From NCBI RefSeq assembly GCF_009914755.1, contig NC_060937.1: a DNA stretch of 64,000 nucleotides; one strand, given 5' to 3'. The position numbers and the translations under genes are program-made. This DNA comes from the human T2T-CHM13v2.0 reference genome, Homo sapiens. The notes under the pieces are model-generated. The model worked only from the letters and a program-made list of their open reading frames with translations. It searched no databases and was not told where the DNA came from. This document shows positions 39,546-53,987 of the stretch, in pieces. Positions within the stretch are counted from its first letter, which is position 1. The number at the start of each line of letters is the position of its first letter.

Positions 39546-42500
39546 GTCAATGTTGGGAAGGACTGGATTTAGCCAGTGTGGACAGCATGGTAGCCTGAGT
39601 CTAGAGAGACCTGGCAGACCACATAAGGCTCAATATTCTGTTTACAAGCTATTTCTTTTATTCTAAGAGCAGCAGCAATCTTTTATGTGAAAAATCTCTC
39701 CCCCTTCTCTTGCTATTAGTCTAGTGTTGGTAGAAATAATTGCTATGCATTACAGCAAAACAAAACACTGGTAGAGTTTTAATAAGATAATTTATATGAT
39801 AATATTTGCCTTACAAAAAATATCATTTTGGCTCTCATGTACACAATGTTATACTGTCAACTACCAGATCTTATTGTTCCTGTGTAACTAGGATTTTTCT
39901 TTTGCGTGGGCAGCATCGTATTGAGTATATAAAACAAGGACCAATGGTTTGGGCACAATTAAGGAGGTTGCTTGTACTGCATGTCCCTCCAAATTGCTTG
40001 CTCTTTCTTTAGAAGATGCCTCAAAGATAACTCTTTCAGGAGTCAAGTGACTTTGCATATCACTTTTCTCTTTCCTAATAGGCTATCATCATGTTTTGGA
40101 ACTTGTGGCCTTGAAATGTAAAACTTGCTCATAAGACTCTTATGCTCTTAAGAACTTTCCTGGGTCTAGAGGAAAGAAAATCATCTTTTTTTCATAGATG
40201 AAGTTACTTTTCACATGTTTCTTCCTCAAAAAGTCAATAGAAACTTTAATTATAACTTCGTTTCAGGAAAACCCAAGAAAACTTTATATTATAGAGAAGA
40301 TACATTTGTATATAGAATGCAAATTCAAAGCTCTTCATGCATGTGAATGGGGGTGTAAATAAAATTTGCCCCCAAAATATAAATAATCATCTCCTAGTAA
40401 TGGAATTTTGATAGAATGTTACAGTATTTTTTTCCTTATTTTGAGAAATCTTAAAATGGGTTTTTCCATTTTAATCAGTTTAAATGGTTAAAATCAGATT
40501 TTAAGCATTTAATCTTAAATTACCAGATACATTCTTACTGTCCTTCTGAGCTTGGACTATTTTAGTAGTCTCTAAGCCCTAGGGTACTCATCGGGTAAAA
40601 TGAAGACAACTGTAATACTTACATAATACAATCAATATGGGTATAATTTACAGGCTGCATATAAAGCATATATCTATGCTGACTTACAAGCACACAAAAT
40701 GGTAACTATTTCTGCTGCGTGTAATTGTTATTACTACTAATATCCTTATAGAATTTTTAATATGACTTTAATTTCTTATTCTAAAACTAAGCTAGGAAGT
40801 CTGAAAGGTTTTAGTCAAAGTTTAAATGAAGGCATAGGATAAATATGTTCTTCTACTTGACATATGAAAAGAAGGTGATATTGAGCAATAAATAAGGCAC
40901 TTGAAAATTAAATATTAAGAAATGAAAGGCATATTTGATACATATTGCAACATATTGGGAGACATTTTATAGCAAACATAAATTTTCAAAGGTATCTCTC
41001 ATTTTGTCATAAGCAGCCTCAGACCTTTACCCATACAATCCACATCTATTTTGTGTGTATGTGATGGCAATATTTTTGCAGATGAGTTATCTTTCTAAAA
41101 AAATCTCTCAACATGTTATTCCTTTACTTTGATAATATTTTCAATGACTTTCAATTCCTTATAAAATAAAATCCAATTTATTTTGTCTGGAACTTTTCCT
41201 ATAGCTCAAGCTGCTTTTAGCACCAGATCTCTCACTAAACTGAACTCAACAGGCTTTTTGCTTCCATCCTAAAAGCCCTGTATGCCTTGGCTAACGTGAT
41301 TTCCTCCTTCCTTCTAAAAAATTATCACGTCCTCCTAATCATTTTGTATCAAAATCTTACCTACTCTTCAAGATTTGGATTAAATGTCACTGCCTTTACC
41401 AAACAACACCATATTTTCCCATTGCCCTTTCTCTTTTTCTATTAGTATATGTATCACATTTTGCCTTTTCAAATAGAGTATTGGGTATGTTGTTTCTTAA
41501 CCTCATTCTAAGCAACTAAAAAAAACAACCCCCTTGAATGCAAAAAAGCACATTGTTTTGCCTACTTCGTCCCCAAATTAGAGTTTGTTATTTTTGTAAG
41601 TGATTTACCCAGTTACTCTATCAAAGTAAGTTCTTACATCTTCATAATGAGGGAGTTGGAGATGACCCCTAATGCTTCTTCCAAATATAGTGTAACAACA
41701 GGCAAACAGTAAGCTGTCCTGTCTTCAAACAAGAACCGGGTAATAAGATTGCCTCCAAGAGCTAAATCACCCCACAATAGATGTAATTAGCCATCTGTTG
41801 GGAGTAACTCAAATTGTCTGTAAATGTATTACTAAAAAGTTTTGGGATTCCTAAATTCCCCATCAAAGTAGTATATTATCATCTCAGGAGGCAGTACTGG
41901 AAGGGGCCAGTAATTAAAGTAGAAACTTAATAGACTGTACAAAATGTCTCACGGTGTAGCAAGTAGGTGCTTAGAAAATGTAAACACAAAGAGTGAAATC
42001 CTGACACATTAGTTAGTACTTTTAAGAACAAGCCTGTGTATTAAACCCATTTGATCCCAAGGGCTCATACATTAATATATGAACAATTTTTCATTCCTTT
42101 GTTATTTCATTTTCACCATGCAGTTGACTTCTCACACAGATCTGCCTTAAAGGAGGGAAGATAATGGTAATGCTTCTAAAGCATTTCAGTTAGTGAAGGG
42201 ACACGTATTGCAGAAACTTAAAATGCAAATAGAATTAAAGTAAAATTCTGCTGACAAATTCAAGAAAGCCTTTGAAATCTCTCTCCTGCGTCACCTCACC
42301 CACATAAAGATTGGCATTTACCATATGACAGAGTAGCCTCGAATGACCAGATATTTGCTTTGAAAGATTACTTTTGATTACTTGTTTTATCCAGGTAGTT
42401 ACTTTAAGTTAGACATTCCTATACCACCCTTCAATTACAATAACGGAAGTACATCTAAATTTTGAGAGTCCTGAAAGGTGGAAATGCCACTTGACTCTAT

Positions 42501-42816
42501 GCTACAATTTGAGTGTGAGTCAGTGAAGAGCTAATTTTCTAGAAGACAAACTTCAAAACTTCTTCTACTAGGTACTTGAGGTTTCTGAGGGCTATGTATA
42601 CAAATTAAATGCAAGTTCAAAATGTACTCCTTTGGGATAAAGTTGAGATTATACATTATTCTTTGCTAAACAAGGGTAATAATGACATCCAAATTACCAT
42701 GAACCTGATGGATCTATGTAGCTCCTGCATGAGAACATATCCTGAAATATATAGCATCAGTCATGTCACAATTAAAATTATTATTATGTTCCTTGTAGTA
42801 AATAAAGAGAATTATA

Positions 42817-43105
42817 GGCCGACTGCAATGACTCATACCTGTAATCCTAGCACTTTGGGAGGTCAAGGCAGGCAGATCACCTGAGGTAAGGAGTTCAAGA
42901 CCAGCCTGGCAAAATGGTGAAACCCCGTCTCTATGAAAAATACAAAAGTGATGGTGCATGCCTATGCTCGGGAGGCTGAGGTAAGAGAACCGCTTGAACC
43001 TGGAAGGTAGAGGTTGCAGTGAGCCGAGATTGCACCACTACACTCTAGCCTGGGCAACAGAGTGAGACCCCATCTGAAAAAAAAAAAGAGCGAGAGAGAG
43101 AGAGA
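42817..43105 (+). mobile_element. AluS with small internal deletions and A/(GA)n tail
   Basis: ggccgactgcaatgactcatacctgtaatcc...gagtgagaccccatctgaaaa. Confidence 0.92.
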
Positions 43106-43259
43106 TACAGATAATACATGTTTGTTAAAAATGAATGACAGCACCAGACAGACATGAAATCTCCATCTTGAGGTTCTTACCAATATTATTTGGGAACCAG
43201 CATCTAGGACATGGTAGAGACTCAATAAACATCGCTGAATGAGAAAAAAAATATATTTT

Positions 43260-43450
43260 TCTATAAAATCCTCACACAACTCCATGAGATATTAAAATTC
43301 CCCCTGTAAAAATATGACTTTACAATCAGTGAGGAAGCTGAGTTTTAGGAAAAGGCAGTTTAAGTACCCAGCCCTAGGAAAATCAATTATGCCGTGGCTG
43401 GGTGAAGTTTCCACCCAGCTGAGCTGGATCCAAAGCCTGCCTTCTTTTCC
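43260..43450 (-). mobile_element. MIR fragment
   Basis: aatcctcacacaactccatgagat...gaggaagctgag. Confidence 0.55.
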
Positions 43451-43693
43451 CAATGTTCATGTTCCAAAATTACTTCCTTTAATTCTTTTCCTTCCAAAAC
43501 ATTTATTTAAATATTCTTTTAAATAAAGTTGCTACTAGAGAATAGTAATTGATAAAGCATTTATGTGTCATTCAGACTGTAACATATACTTTGCTAAATT
43601 CAATTCTTTAGCAGTTGGAGATTGATGGAAAGAAGGTAAAGTTAAGCCATATCCAAGGTAAATCTTTTGACATATTTTTTATTGTGACAGGTC

Positions 43694-44222
43694 TTTTTTA
43701 TTATTTTATTATACTTTAAGTTCTGGGATACATGTGCAGTACGTGCAGGTTTGTTACATAGTTATATATGTACCATGGTGGCTTGCTGCACCCATCACCC
43801 CATCATCTACATTAGGTATTTCTCCTAATGCTATCCCTTCCCTAGCCCCCCGTCCCCTGACAGTCCCCAGTGTGTGATGTTCCCCTCCCTGTGTGCATGT
43901 GTTCTCATTGTCCAACTCCCACTTATGAGTGAGAACATGCAGTGTTTGGTTTTCTGTTCCTGTGTTAGTTTGCTGAGAACGATGGTTTCTAGCTTCATCC
44001 GTGTCCCTGCAAAGGATATGAACTCATCCTTTTGACTCAGCAATCCCATTACTGGGTATATACCCAAAGGATTATAAATCATTCTACTATAAAACACATT
44101 CACACATATGTTTATTGCAGTACTGTTCACAGTAGCAAAGACTTGGAACCAACCCAAATACCCATCAATGATAGGCTGGATAAAGAAAATATGGCACATA
44201 TACACCATGGAATACTATGCAG
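43694..44222 (-). mobile_element. L1PA7-like 3' end with 5' inversion
   Basis: 43694-44033 is an antisense L1 3'UTR; 44030-44222 is sense L1 ORF2-end sequence ending ggaatactatgcag. Confidence 0.9.
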
Positions 44223-46431
44223 ACTTAATTTTTGAGTATGTATTGACACATGTATTCATATAAAGTTCTTCTCTAGTCTCATCTCATTGTTTCATGATCA
44301 TTATCAGCACTGCATCATGCATATATTTGTTTTTTACATTTATAATATATAAGGTTACAAATTCTTTATAGCTTATAAAAATTTTCCAGAGACATTCTGA
44401 ATAATCCTTGCCATAATCGTGGCTCAGATATATAATAATTTTCACTGTACAGATAACAACTCAGATTCAGGAACTTAAGATACTTAACAAAAATTTAAAT
44501 TAAGTTTTATAGGGCTTTCCAAATTCATTTCCCACGTGTTCGCTGCCTCCCTTTTGTGATATATGAAAGATATCATGGTACAATTATATAATCTTTCCCA
44601 AAAGACAAGTGACTAAAACTTAAAATTTTCCTTTTTATGAGCAGGTGGGCTTAGATACTAGATGGAACATTTAGAGGATTAACCATTCCACAAGAGCGTG
44701 AAAATTCTCCCAGGTTTGCCACTGTTGGCCTTACTCAATTTTTTTTAAATGCATTGCCCAGTCTTTTTCAAATTCTAGCTATATTTTGAACTATGTCAGA
44801 TCCTATTTATTTCTTTGAATTTTAAAAATTCTGTTGCCTTTGCATTTTGGATATCCTAAAGTCAAAATAATGTTCTAAGCGGCTTTGCTGTGCACATTGG
44901 CCCACTCAGAGAATGTGTGCAATAATACAAATCTGTCTGAAGATCACCTCTATTAATACCAAACCACATTAAAAGTGATATTGTGGAACTGTAATCCAAA
45001 AACAGTTATTAAGCACCTACTAAGGCCAATGATCTATGGTAGATGTTTTGACCAAACAAAATTAGTGATTTCAATCTTCAAGGCATATATATTCCACTTA
45101 AAGATTTAATGGAAGTGTCTTTCTCTTGCTGGAAGAGCATGCTAATGAGAGAATGAGCTGGCAGTTGCTACATTTCTACAGAGAACATTACCAAACCATT
45201 TACAGTTTAGTCATGAATTAGTCACCAGTGAAGATGGTTATATAAAATCTGCTTCAGCGATTCAGATCCGCGAAGTCAGCTTGTACCGTAAAAGTGGCAA
45301 CAAAGTCAAAGATCCACAGAACTGAAGGAATCATAGACTTCTAGCACTCATCTTCAAACTGAGAAACATGTACCTGTCCAGCCCAGCACCTGCAACTACA
45401 CATGCCAAAAGCCAGGAGAACAGAATAAATGAATGAATAACATAGATTTTCCCAAATTACCTAATGTTTGTTGACATGAACTGCTACTCTTTAAATATAC
45501 TTGCAAGTATCCTAAAAAATATAATATATTTTATGGTCATGGGTTTATTAAAAAATTATAATTCATTATGCAATTGTAAAAGGAAATGTTTTATCACTAA
45601 TTCAAACTTGTATATTTTAATCTTGAATAAATTCATAGTGGGAAAGACATTTTCCGAACTCACTCTGATTTCTTTTTCATGATATATCAATATACTTTTA
45701 TTAATATATATGATAACTGTTTTATTGCCAATTTGAATGTTATTAAAGTAATATATTTTGTTCATTACCACATAGGTGGGAAACATTTCATAGTTTTAAA
45801 AGAGATAACTTCTCATTAGGAATGTCCAGTTAGGAATATTAAATTTTTATAACATTAGTAAGCTAATTTAATCTATTCATGATAAAGAAACCATTTATTT
45901 ATCACACAAAGTACCTCATAATAAAACTACAATTTTACTAGTATATAAAATTATAAATATCAGGTAACAGTTTTCATTAGCCTAATGCACAGGAATAATA
46001 ATTCACTTTTTTCTAGCCACTGGAAAAGTGGCAACAGGGAGATGGGTCTAAGGTTTTCTGTAATAGTCCCTCTTCTTGACAGAGGGTTTTCACTATAAAA
46101 CATATCTGGACATGATACGGGCTTTGGGGAAAGGTAAAAAAGTGAAAATGCAGAGAAGCAATTTCATGCTCTATTGGATATATGTTGATACAATGTAACA
46201 TAAGACAAATTTCTTTCCTCAGGAACACCAGAAATTATACACTTAAAGGTGGGATCCTATTATCCTGTTAATACTTTGCTCTCTTACATCTTCTTGGTAT
46301 TTTTTCTGATCACTCTTACCTTCTTTACAATTAGTATGAAAACACTATTCAAAATCATTTATTGAGCTTGGTATTTTTTGCCTAAACCCATAACCCTGTG
46401 GCTTAGCAACTTAAACCTGTTTCATTAAAAT

Positions 46432-46494
46432 TATCTGTCTACCTATCATTATCTATCTATCTATCTATCATCTATCTATATCATCTATCTATCA
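46432..46494. repeat. Interrupted (TATC)n tetranucleotide STR
   Basis: atctatctatctatctatcatctatctatatcatctatctatca. Confidence 0.9.
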
Positions 46495-46599
46495 AAAATC
46501 GATAGTAAGATTCATGTTATTAAATTGACCAGTTGATAGAAGGTGCAAGGCAGGGAAAATGCTTCTATATGTTAAATTTCTTCTGCATGCTGAGAAAAT

Positions 46600-46765
46600 T
46601 TCCACATTTTCTCATAGTATCTTAACATGCAAAATATAGCTATTTCCCTATTTTTATATATGAGAGATCTGAGGCCAAACAAGTTTGTTAACTTGTCTGA
46701 GATATTGATCAAATCGGTATTATGTGCCTAAATTTTACTGTCTCCAAGGCTTACGTTCTCAATCA
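46600..46765 (-). mobile_element. MIR fragment
   Basis: tttccctatttttatatatgagagatctgaggcc...taacttgtctgagat. Confidence 0.55.
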
Positions 46766-47339
46766 ATTTGTTGCTTGTCCTCTGATATTTTATTCTGATT
46801 GCACAAATGGTGTATGGCTTTATTAAAAAATATAAAAATTTATTTTAAAAGCAATCAAAATCCACACAGTGTAGTCATTAAAATCAGTGAGTGAAGCAAA
46901 GTGAACAAAGGAGGGACAGGTGTTTTAAGAAAAGGTCCCTGTCAGCTACAGAGCTGGAATGGAAGAGCACAGGGGGAGAACAGCACAGGAGAATGTGACT
47001 CCAAGTGAGAAAACTGCTCTTGTTAGTACATAAGTTGGTCTCCCCAGGCTGTCTACTCTCCTTTACCTCTCTGTTTGTTGGGGCTCATTATTTCTGTTCT
47101 GTTGTTGATGATAGCTTCTACACAGAGGGTAAGAGTAACTGCTGAAAAACTGCTAGTGTGGAGGTCAGCTGGGAAACTCGGTTAGTAATCCCAGAGTAAG
47201 GCAATGGAGATCTGAATTTGTGAAATGTCTGAATATGGCAAACGAGGGAAGGATCTGAGGCCACTGAGAGGAAATAGATAGGCGTTTAGCAACTGCTAAC
47301 CATGCAGATTTTCATTAAGCCTGTGATGTGGACAACAGA

Positions 47340-47530
47340 GCATATTCAAGCAATCCTCTTACTAACACGGTAAGTTTCTAACCTCTTTATCCTCATTTTC
47401 CTTCTGTTAAAGAGTGCAACATTACCTATTTGTAGTGTTCTTTTAAAGATAAAAATAATAACGTATTATGGAGATTGCATTAGAGTTTAGCACATTGTTA
47501 GTGCCTAATAATGTTTTTTTCCTCATCAAT
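47340..47530 (+). mobile_element. MIR fragment
   Basis: aagtttctaacctctttatcctcattttccttctgttaaa...tttagcacattg. Confidence 0.55.
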
Positions 47531-48707
47531 ATTATCATAAGTAGTAGCAGGGAAAAAGAGAGGAAAGTTAAATCTAATGTATTGTAAAGACCTAACACAG
47601 TGTTTTCAGAGCAGAACCTTCATCTGTATAGATTTTTATATCAAGTAAAGCTTGACATTGCAAACTTGTGCCTACTATGAATTCTATAGATGAATTTCCA
47701 TTGTATTTTTCTTATTTGAGCCCTGGAAGACACATATTTTATTTAAACTTTCTCTTTTGCATCTTTGAAAAAAAATTCATCAATATTTTTTAGCTTTATT
47801 TCTGTAGGAGACATAATGATGAATGATAAAATTAAGTTATAAAAATTTTTCTTTTCTTTCTGCAATTTTACTTTAAATAAATCATGATATATAGCTGAAG
47901 AATTAACTATGATAAACTACTATGAATTTATCATCTAAACTGAGCTTAGGATGGACTGAATTAAAAGCTATATCAAGTATAATTCAAGAGGGAAAAGAAA
48001 ATGGTATCAGACTACAGAATAGCATAGCATGTTTCTCCATTATACTTGAAAAAGTAAAATTGTTTTATATATTTGGATTTTACATGTTTTAGGGAAAGTA
48101 CTAATAATAACATTACTGTTACTATTATGAACACAGTAAGCTTACATCAGATGATATTTTATAATTTGCTAAAAAACTATATTTTAATTCTCAATTCTTA
48201 CAATACTACCATAAAAAAACATACATTTGTCTTTAATTTAAAGATGACAAATGTAGTATCTGGAAGGAGAAATGAATTGTTCAAGTTTACATATTATACT
48301 AATAGATAAATTCTATGTTCAGGTACAGATATTCTGATGCCCAATCTAAAATTCTTCAATTATGCTACATATCCACAACCTTTTTTTAGTGGACTGTCAG
48401 TGGGAAAGAGAACTAGATGAGAATGTAGAAATGAAAGCAAAATGGAAACATTTTTAAATGTAAATGGTTGTTTCAAAACTGATAATATTTTTTCCATGTG
48501 CTCAAAATGTTGAGCAAATGTTAAACTTCTTCAATTAATTGGATGTGTCGATGTGGCCATGTGTATGTTAGTAAGAGTCAGGGTTATTCAAAGAAATATA
48601 TACATGAATACATATATGTCTATGTATACCCACGTGTGTGTGCGTGTATATATATATATATCTCGTTGGTTGTGTTTCTTTCAAGGACTATTATATACAA
48701 CTTAAAC

Positions 48708-49280
48708 AAATTATTTCCATAGGTTTTTAGGGAACAGGTGGCAATTGGTTACATGAGTAATTTCTTTTTTCACGTGAGTAATTTCTTTAGTGGTGATTTG
48801 TGAGATTTTGGTGCACCCATCATCCAAGCAGTATAGACTGAACCCAATTTGTAGTCTTTTATCCCTCACCGCCTTCCCATTCTTTCCCCCTGAGTCCCCG
48901 AAGTTCACTGTATCATTCTTATGCCTTTACATCCTCATTTCTTAGCTCACATTTATGAGTGAGAACATACAATATTTGGTATTCCATTTCTGAGTTACTT
49001 CATTTACAATAGTAGTATGTAATCCCATCCAGGTTGCTGTGAATACCATTAATTCATTCCTTATTATGGCTGAGTAGTGTTCCATCATATATATGTGTGT
49101 GTGTTCACACATATAACATATATATGTGTGATATATATATATATATCTCACAGTTTTTTAATCCACTTGTTGATTGATGAGTCTTTGAACTAGCTCCACA
49201 TTTTTGCAATTGCAAATTGTGCTGCTTTAAACATTAGTGTGCAAGTATCCTTTTTTATACAATGACTCCTTTTTCCTTTT
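48708..49280 (-). mobile_element. L1PB1 3' end
   Basis: ttctttagtggtgatttgtgagattttggtgcacccatc...aacccaatttgtagtcttttatccctcac is an L1PB1 3'UTR hallmark. Confidence 0.88.
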
Positions 49281-49292
49281 CCTTTAATAAAA

Positions 49293-49749
49293 TATATTTA
49301 TCAAAAGCAATTGGCTCACACAATTATAAGGACTGAGAAGTCCCAGGATCTGAAGTCAGTAAGCTGGAGATCCAGGGAAAAGATCTGAGAACCAAGAGAC
49401 CTAATGGTGTGAGTTCCAGTCTGAAAGCTGGCAGATTTGAGACTCAAGAAGAGGTGACCTTTAGCTCAAATCCAAAGGTAAGAAAAAACTGATGTCACAA
49501 ACGAAAGCAGTGAGGCTGGAGGAATCCCTTCTTATTCACAAAGTGTCAGGTTTTTTGTTCTACTCAGCCTTTCAACTGATTGGGTTAGGCTCACCCACAC
49601 TCAAAAGGGCAGTCTGCTTTACCAGTCTACTGACTCAGATATTAATCTCCCCACAAAACATCCTCCCAGTCATACTTAGAAAAATATTTGACCAAATATC
49701 TGAGTATCCTTTGGCCCAGTCAAGTTGACACATAAAATAAATCATCACA
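49293..49749 (-). mobile_element. MLT2 (ERVL) LTR; its other end lies at ~48570-48600, split by the L1PB1
   Basis: aattggctcacacaattataaggactgagaagtccc...ggcccagtcaagttgacacataaaataaatcatcaca. Confidence 0.85.
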
Positions 49750-50642
49750 CGATGTTAAAATGGTTTTGTCCAAATATTTTAATTTTTCAGCTATTTAATA
49801 GAGTTGAATGCAGGGTGAGAAGGCTGCATCCATAATGGAAGAGGGAGACCAGTCCCTGCTGTCTTCTTAAAATTTTGTGGATTTCCTTGGCCTTGAATAT
49901 GTATATAATGATGGTATCACATCCCCAGTACCATATAACTATAAACACTTGTCCTTAAAAATATTATGCCATTATTAAATAACCCAATAATCTAGGAGCA
50001 GTTTTCTGCAATAGGAGTCTAGATATTCGTATATCACTCAATGTTGATGAACAGAGGTTCTGTTTTTGTAAGATTAGATAATACTCAGAACAGTCAGGAA
50101 AACACTCCTCAGCTATGCCATTGGTATACACATATTGCTGTAGGAAGGCTGTAAAGTACTGATCTATCATGAAGCCCTTCTCCTCCCTTCTCATGCTGTA
50201 AGCCATGGCAGGGGAGACTCAACGTTTATAAAAGGAATGGTTACTTTATATACTGGTTTAATAATTGTGGGAATAAAATGGTTTTTATTACTTTGGAATT
50301 TAAGAAAAAATTCAGAACTTCGGACATGAAGGAAAAGCATGGATAGGTTCAACATTTATTTTCTTTTTCTATCAAGGGTCCACCTATTCTCTCTATTATA
50401 AACAAAACCTTTACTCTGGATTGGAAAATTCTCTTTACTTTGGAGAGTTAGGTGCTTTCTTTTTACAGTCATAATCTAGTTACCCTAAAAAGAAAAATCG
50501 AGGAGGAACAGTATGGTAAGTATCATATTCTAGACAATTGCTTTTTGCTATTTATATGCGATTTCAGCTACAATTATTAGACAGGTCTCCTTTTTTGATG
50601 TAGCAGAGATGATTAGTAAAATTACTCAGGCTTCATGCTATA

Positions 50643-50984
50643 CAGATTGAATTTCCTTAATCTGAAATGCTTGGGACCAGATATGTTTTGCATTTCATAT
50701 TTTTTTCAGATTTTGGGAGAGAGAGAGAGAGAGAGATCTATACTGCAGTATCTTGGAGCTTGGAGATAGGAGCCAAGTCTAGATGAAAACTATTTATGTT
50801 TTATATTCACCTTATACATGTAATTTTATGCAATATTTTAAAATAATTTTATACCAGAAACAAAGTTTGTGTTAAGTACATATGTGTGGAATTTTCTACT
50901 TGTGTCATCGTGTCTGTGCTGAAATAGTTTCAGATTTTGGAGCATCTCTGATTTTGAATTTTCAAATTAGGAATGCTCGACCTG
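50643..50984. mobile_element. Tigger4/MER46-type DNA transposon
   Basis: TA|cagattgaatttccttaatctgaaa ... tttcaaattaggaatgctcgacctg|TA; TIRs and TA TSD. Confidence 0.85.
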
Positions 50985-51466
50985 TATAATATGTTTAATT
51001 AAGTTTGTATTTAACTTCCAAGAACATGTCATTAGGTCTTCCACAAGGAAAACGTAATTACCTTTATAATTACTGTGCCTTAAAAGTTCAGTTTTTTTTT
51101 TTTGTTTTTTTTTTTTTGTCTTTGCTCCTAAGTTTGCTTAGAATTTTGGACATGGAGGAAAAGCATGGAAAGATTTAAGGCTAAATCTCATTCATAAAAT
51201 GTTATCAAACAACATTTGGAAGGGAGGATATGAGTATGGAGGAAACAAGCATAGTCCAAAGCTATATCTTCTAACTCAACAGAGGCAAGCTGAGTATTAC
51301 TTGCCTGGAGGTATTTTTTATTCACCATTTGGTGAAATAAGCTAGAAATCACTTGAAATGGCATTTAGGCAGTAACACTCAACATTTAAGTTGTGGGCTC
51401 AACATGTCAGTGTTCATAAAGTACAAACTTTCATTGTTTCATCCCAGCAGATTCATGTATGTAAGG

Positions 51467-52570
51467 TGTTACGATTTCTATTTTAATTTATTTTGGAGTT
51501 GGTCTTGTGATCTCTCTGTTGAGAGTGGCCACAAGCCAAGATAACCACTCTCTAGGAGAGACCTGACAAGAGGGGAAAGTTAGGTTTGTTGTGTGTGTCA
51601 GTCATATCAGACACAATGAGTAGGTGAAATAAAAATGCATGAAACAGAGGGTGGTGGAGAGCTCAATTAGTGGGTGAGGAGGGAGAGAGAAAACAAGAGG
51701 AAAAACCGTTGGGACTATGCTTTAATACAGGTCCATGGAAAATATCCCTTAGATTTCCCATCGGGGGTTGTGGATTCACTATTTAAAGAAAACACACATG
51801 GGAAGAGATCAAGTTATTTACATGACTGTGGTGTTGATTATTAAATTTTATCATGGCAGCAGCTGTGGGGTGTGTTCTGTTAACTAAAGAAAAGAAAACG
51901 AAGCAGTCAGAGAATTATAGTTAGTTTTATATTCAGAAGTCTTCTGATGACTATGGACCAAGGCCTGTAGCCTGGGAGCTGTTCTGTCAGACTGCTCTGG
52001 CAAAGGGCATAGGTATTTCAGCTCGCTGCTTATATATAGGTAGTGGGAGTTCAAAATCACACCAAATCTGCTCAGAAGTTACATTGAAGCAGAATCACAT
52101 CAAGGTTCGGAAGAGTACATTATAGATTCTTACAACATACTGTAAGACACTTTGGTTATAGATTAGAGAAACATAATCATTAATGCCATCAGACATCATC
52201 TTATGTGAAGGAAAAGGCAAGCACTAGGGTTAGCTTTCAAAGGAATATAGTGATTCAAGGAAGGGATGTGGGGTGCCATGTGCTATATCCTATTTTGTCT
52301 TCAAGGCCTTCCTCCAGAGAGCTTCATTTCATCACAGAGTCAGGGATACAAGCTGAAATGAGCAAACATGGCTTCTTATATTTGCCGCTTTGTCTCACAG
52401 TTGGATTTTGTGTCAGTGGAATAAGTAAAGAGTGGCCTATATCATAACCACACAGGGAGAAGAAGTTTTAATTAGGCCAAAGGGATGCCACTGGGTCTCA
52501 AACAACATATGTCAGACCTAAAAATGAATGCAACAGCAGCAATTATATACATATTAAACAAATTCATGAC
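51467..52570 (-). mobile_element. ERVL LTR (MER76-like) interrupted by MER67
   Basis: Homologous to 31711-32357 on both sides of the insert. Confidence 0.7.
51878..52399 (-). mobile_element. MER67-like ERV1 solo LTR
   Basis: Minus strand starts tgtgagacaaagcggcaaatataagaagccatgtttgctcatttc; TG...CA; TSD gttc/gttg. Confidence 0.75.
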
Positions 52571-53579
52571 AGAAAGCATTTCATACCTTACACTGTAGAC
52601 AGGTAGGAACAGCCTGCAACAAGGGAGAAAACTGTAATTAATATTACTGTTTACGTGGTTAGACTAACAAAATTTCATATTGGGCACTAGGTCTGTGGAG
52701 CTTGACACTTTACTGCAGTTCATTCAGGGCATAGCGTGGTCTCTTCCAGCAGGATTCTGGCTTAATTTTGTATTTTTGTTTTTTAAAGATTCTTTATGAT
52801 AAAGTTTATATCCACTTTAGAAATTATGGCATGGCTCCCCAGAGTTAACTCATTAGATTTTTTTCTATCCTTCCATAAAATCTTGAAACATTCAATAAAT
52901 GCTTTGGAATAATCAAGGACAATAACATCTAATATACTGTGAACGTTTTGCAAGTGGCAGCCACTGAAATAGCAGAAGGTTCATAAGCCTACCCATTAAA
53001 ATTTATCCAGAAAGGGTGAAACTAGCTCTTTGATTTGTAGATCTCATGTTGCTGAGAACTATGAACAAAGTATCTATCCCTATTATTTCAATGTCTGTAC
53101 ATTTACAGTCAATTTATTTTCAAAGTCTTGTTCTTATATTCTGCAGCTCCGGCTGAATTTCAGAGAATAAAATTATTGCTGAATCTGTTAGTGTTTGGCC
53201 TGTAAAGTTCCTGTTATTTTAAATGGAAAATATAATCCTAATCTGAGGATGAAGTGCTTTAAATATATTTTCCATATAGTAAATCTATCAGGTTTTGTGC
53301 CTACATGTTATTAAGCTATATATACATACTGATAGTAAAACATATCTCCAAATAATTTCAGATTTAATATTTTTAAATGATTAAGAAGGGTGATAAAAAT
53401 TTTTGTTATTTTCTTATAAAATATAACTATATTTTGAACTAGACAAATAAAATAATTACAGTGCTGATGCACACTGGAAAAAAGTGAAATATGCCATTTA
53501 CAGGTAATTATTTCCATCACCTCAATTATGAGTTAAAAGAGCAATGTGGGTGCCTTAGTGTGACCACCCAGGCATTTAA

Positions 53580-53987
<408 letters not shown>

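Noticed and set aside
45370-45830. Possible hAT DNA transposon remnant
   Set aside because: Could not identify TIRs or a family from the sequence alone
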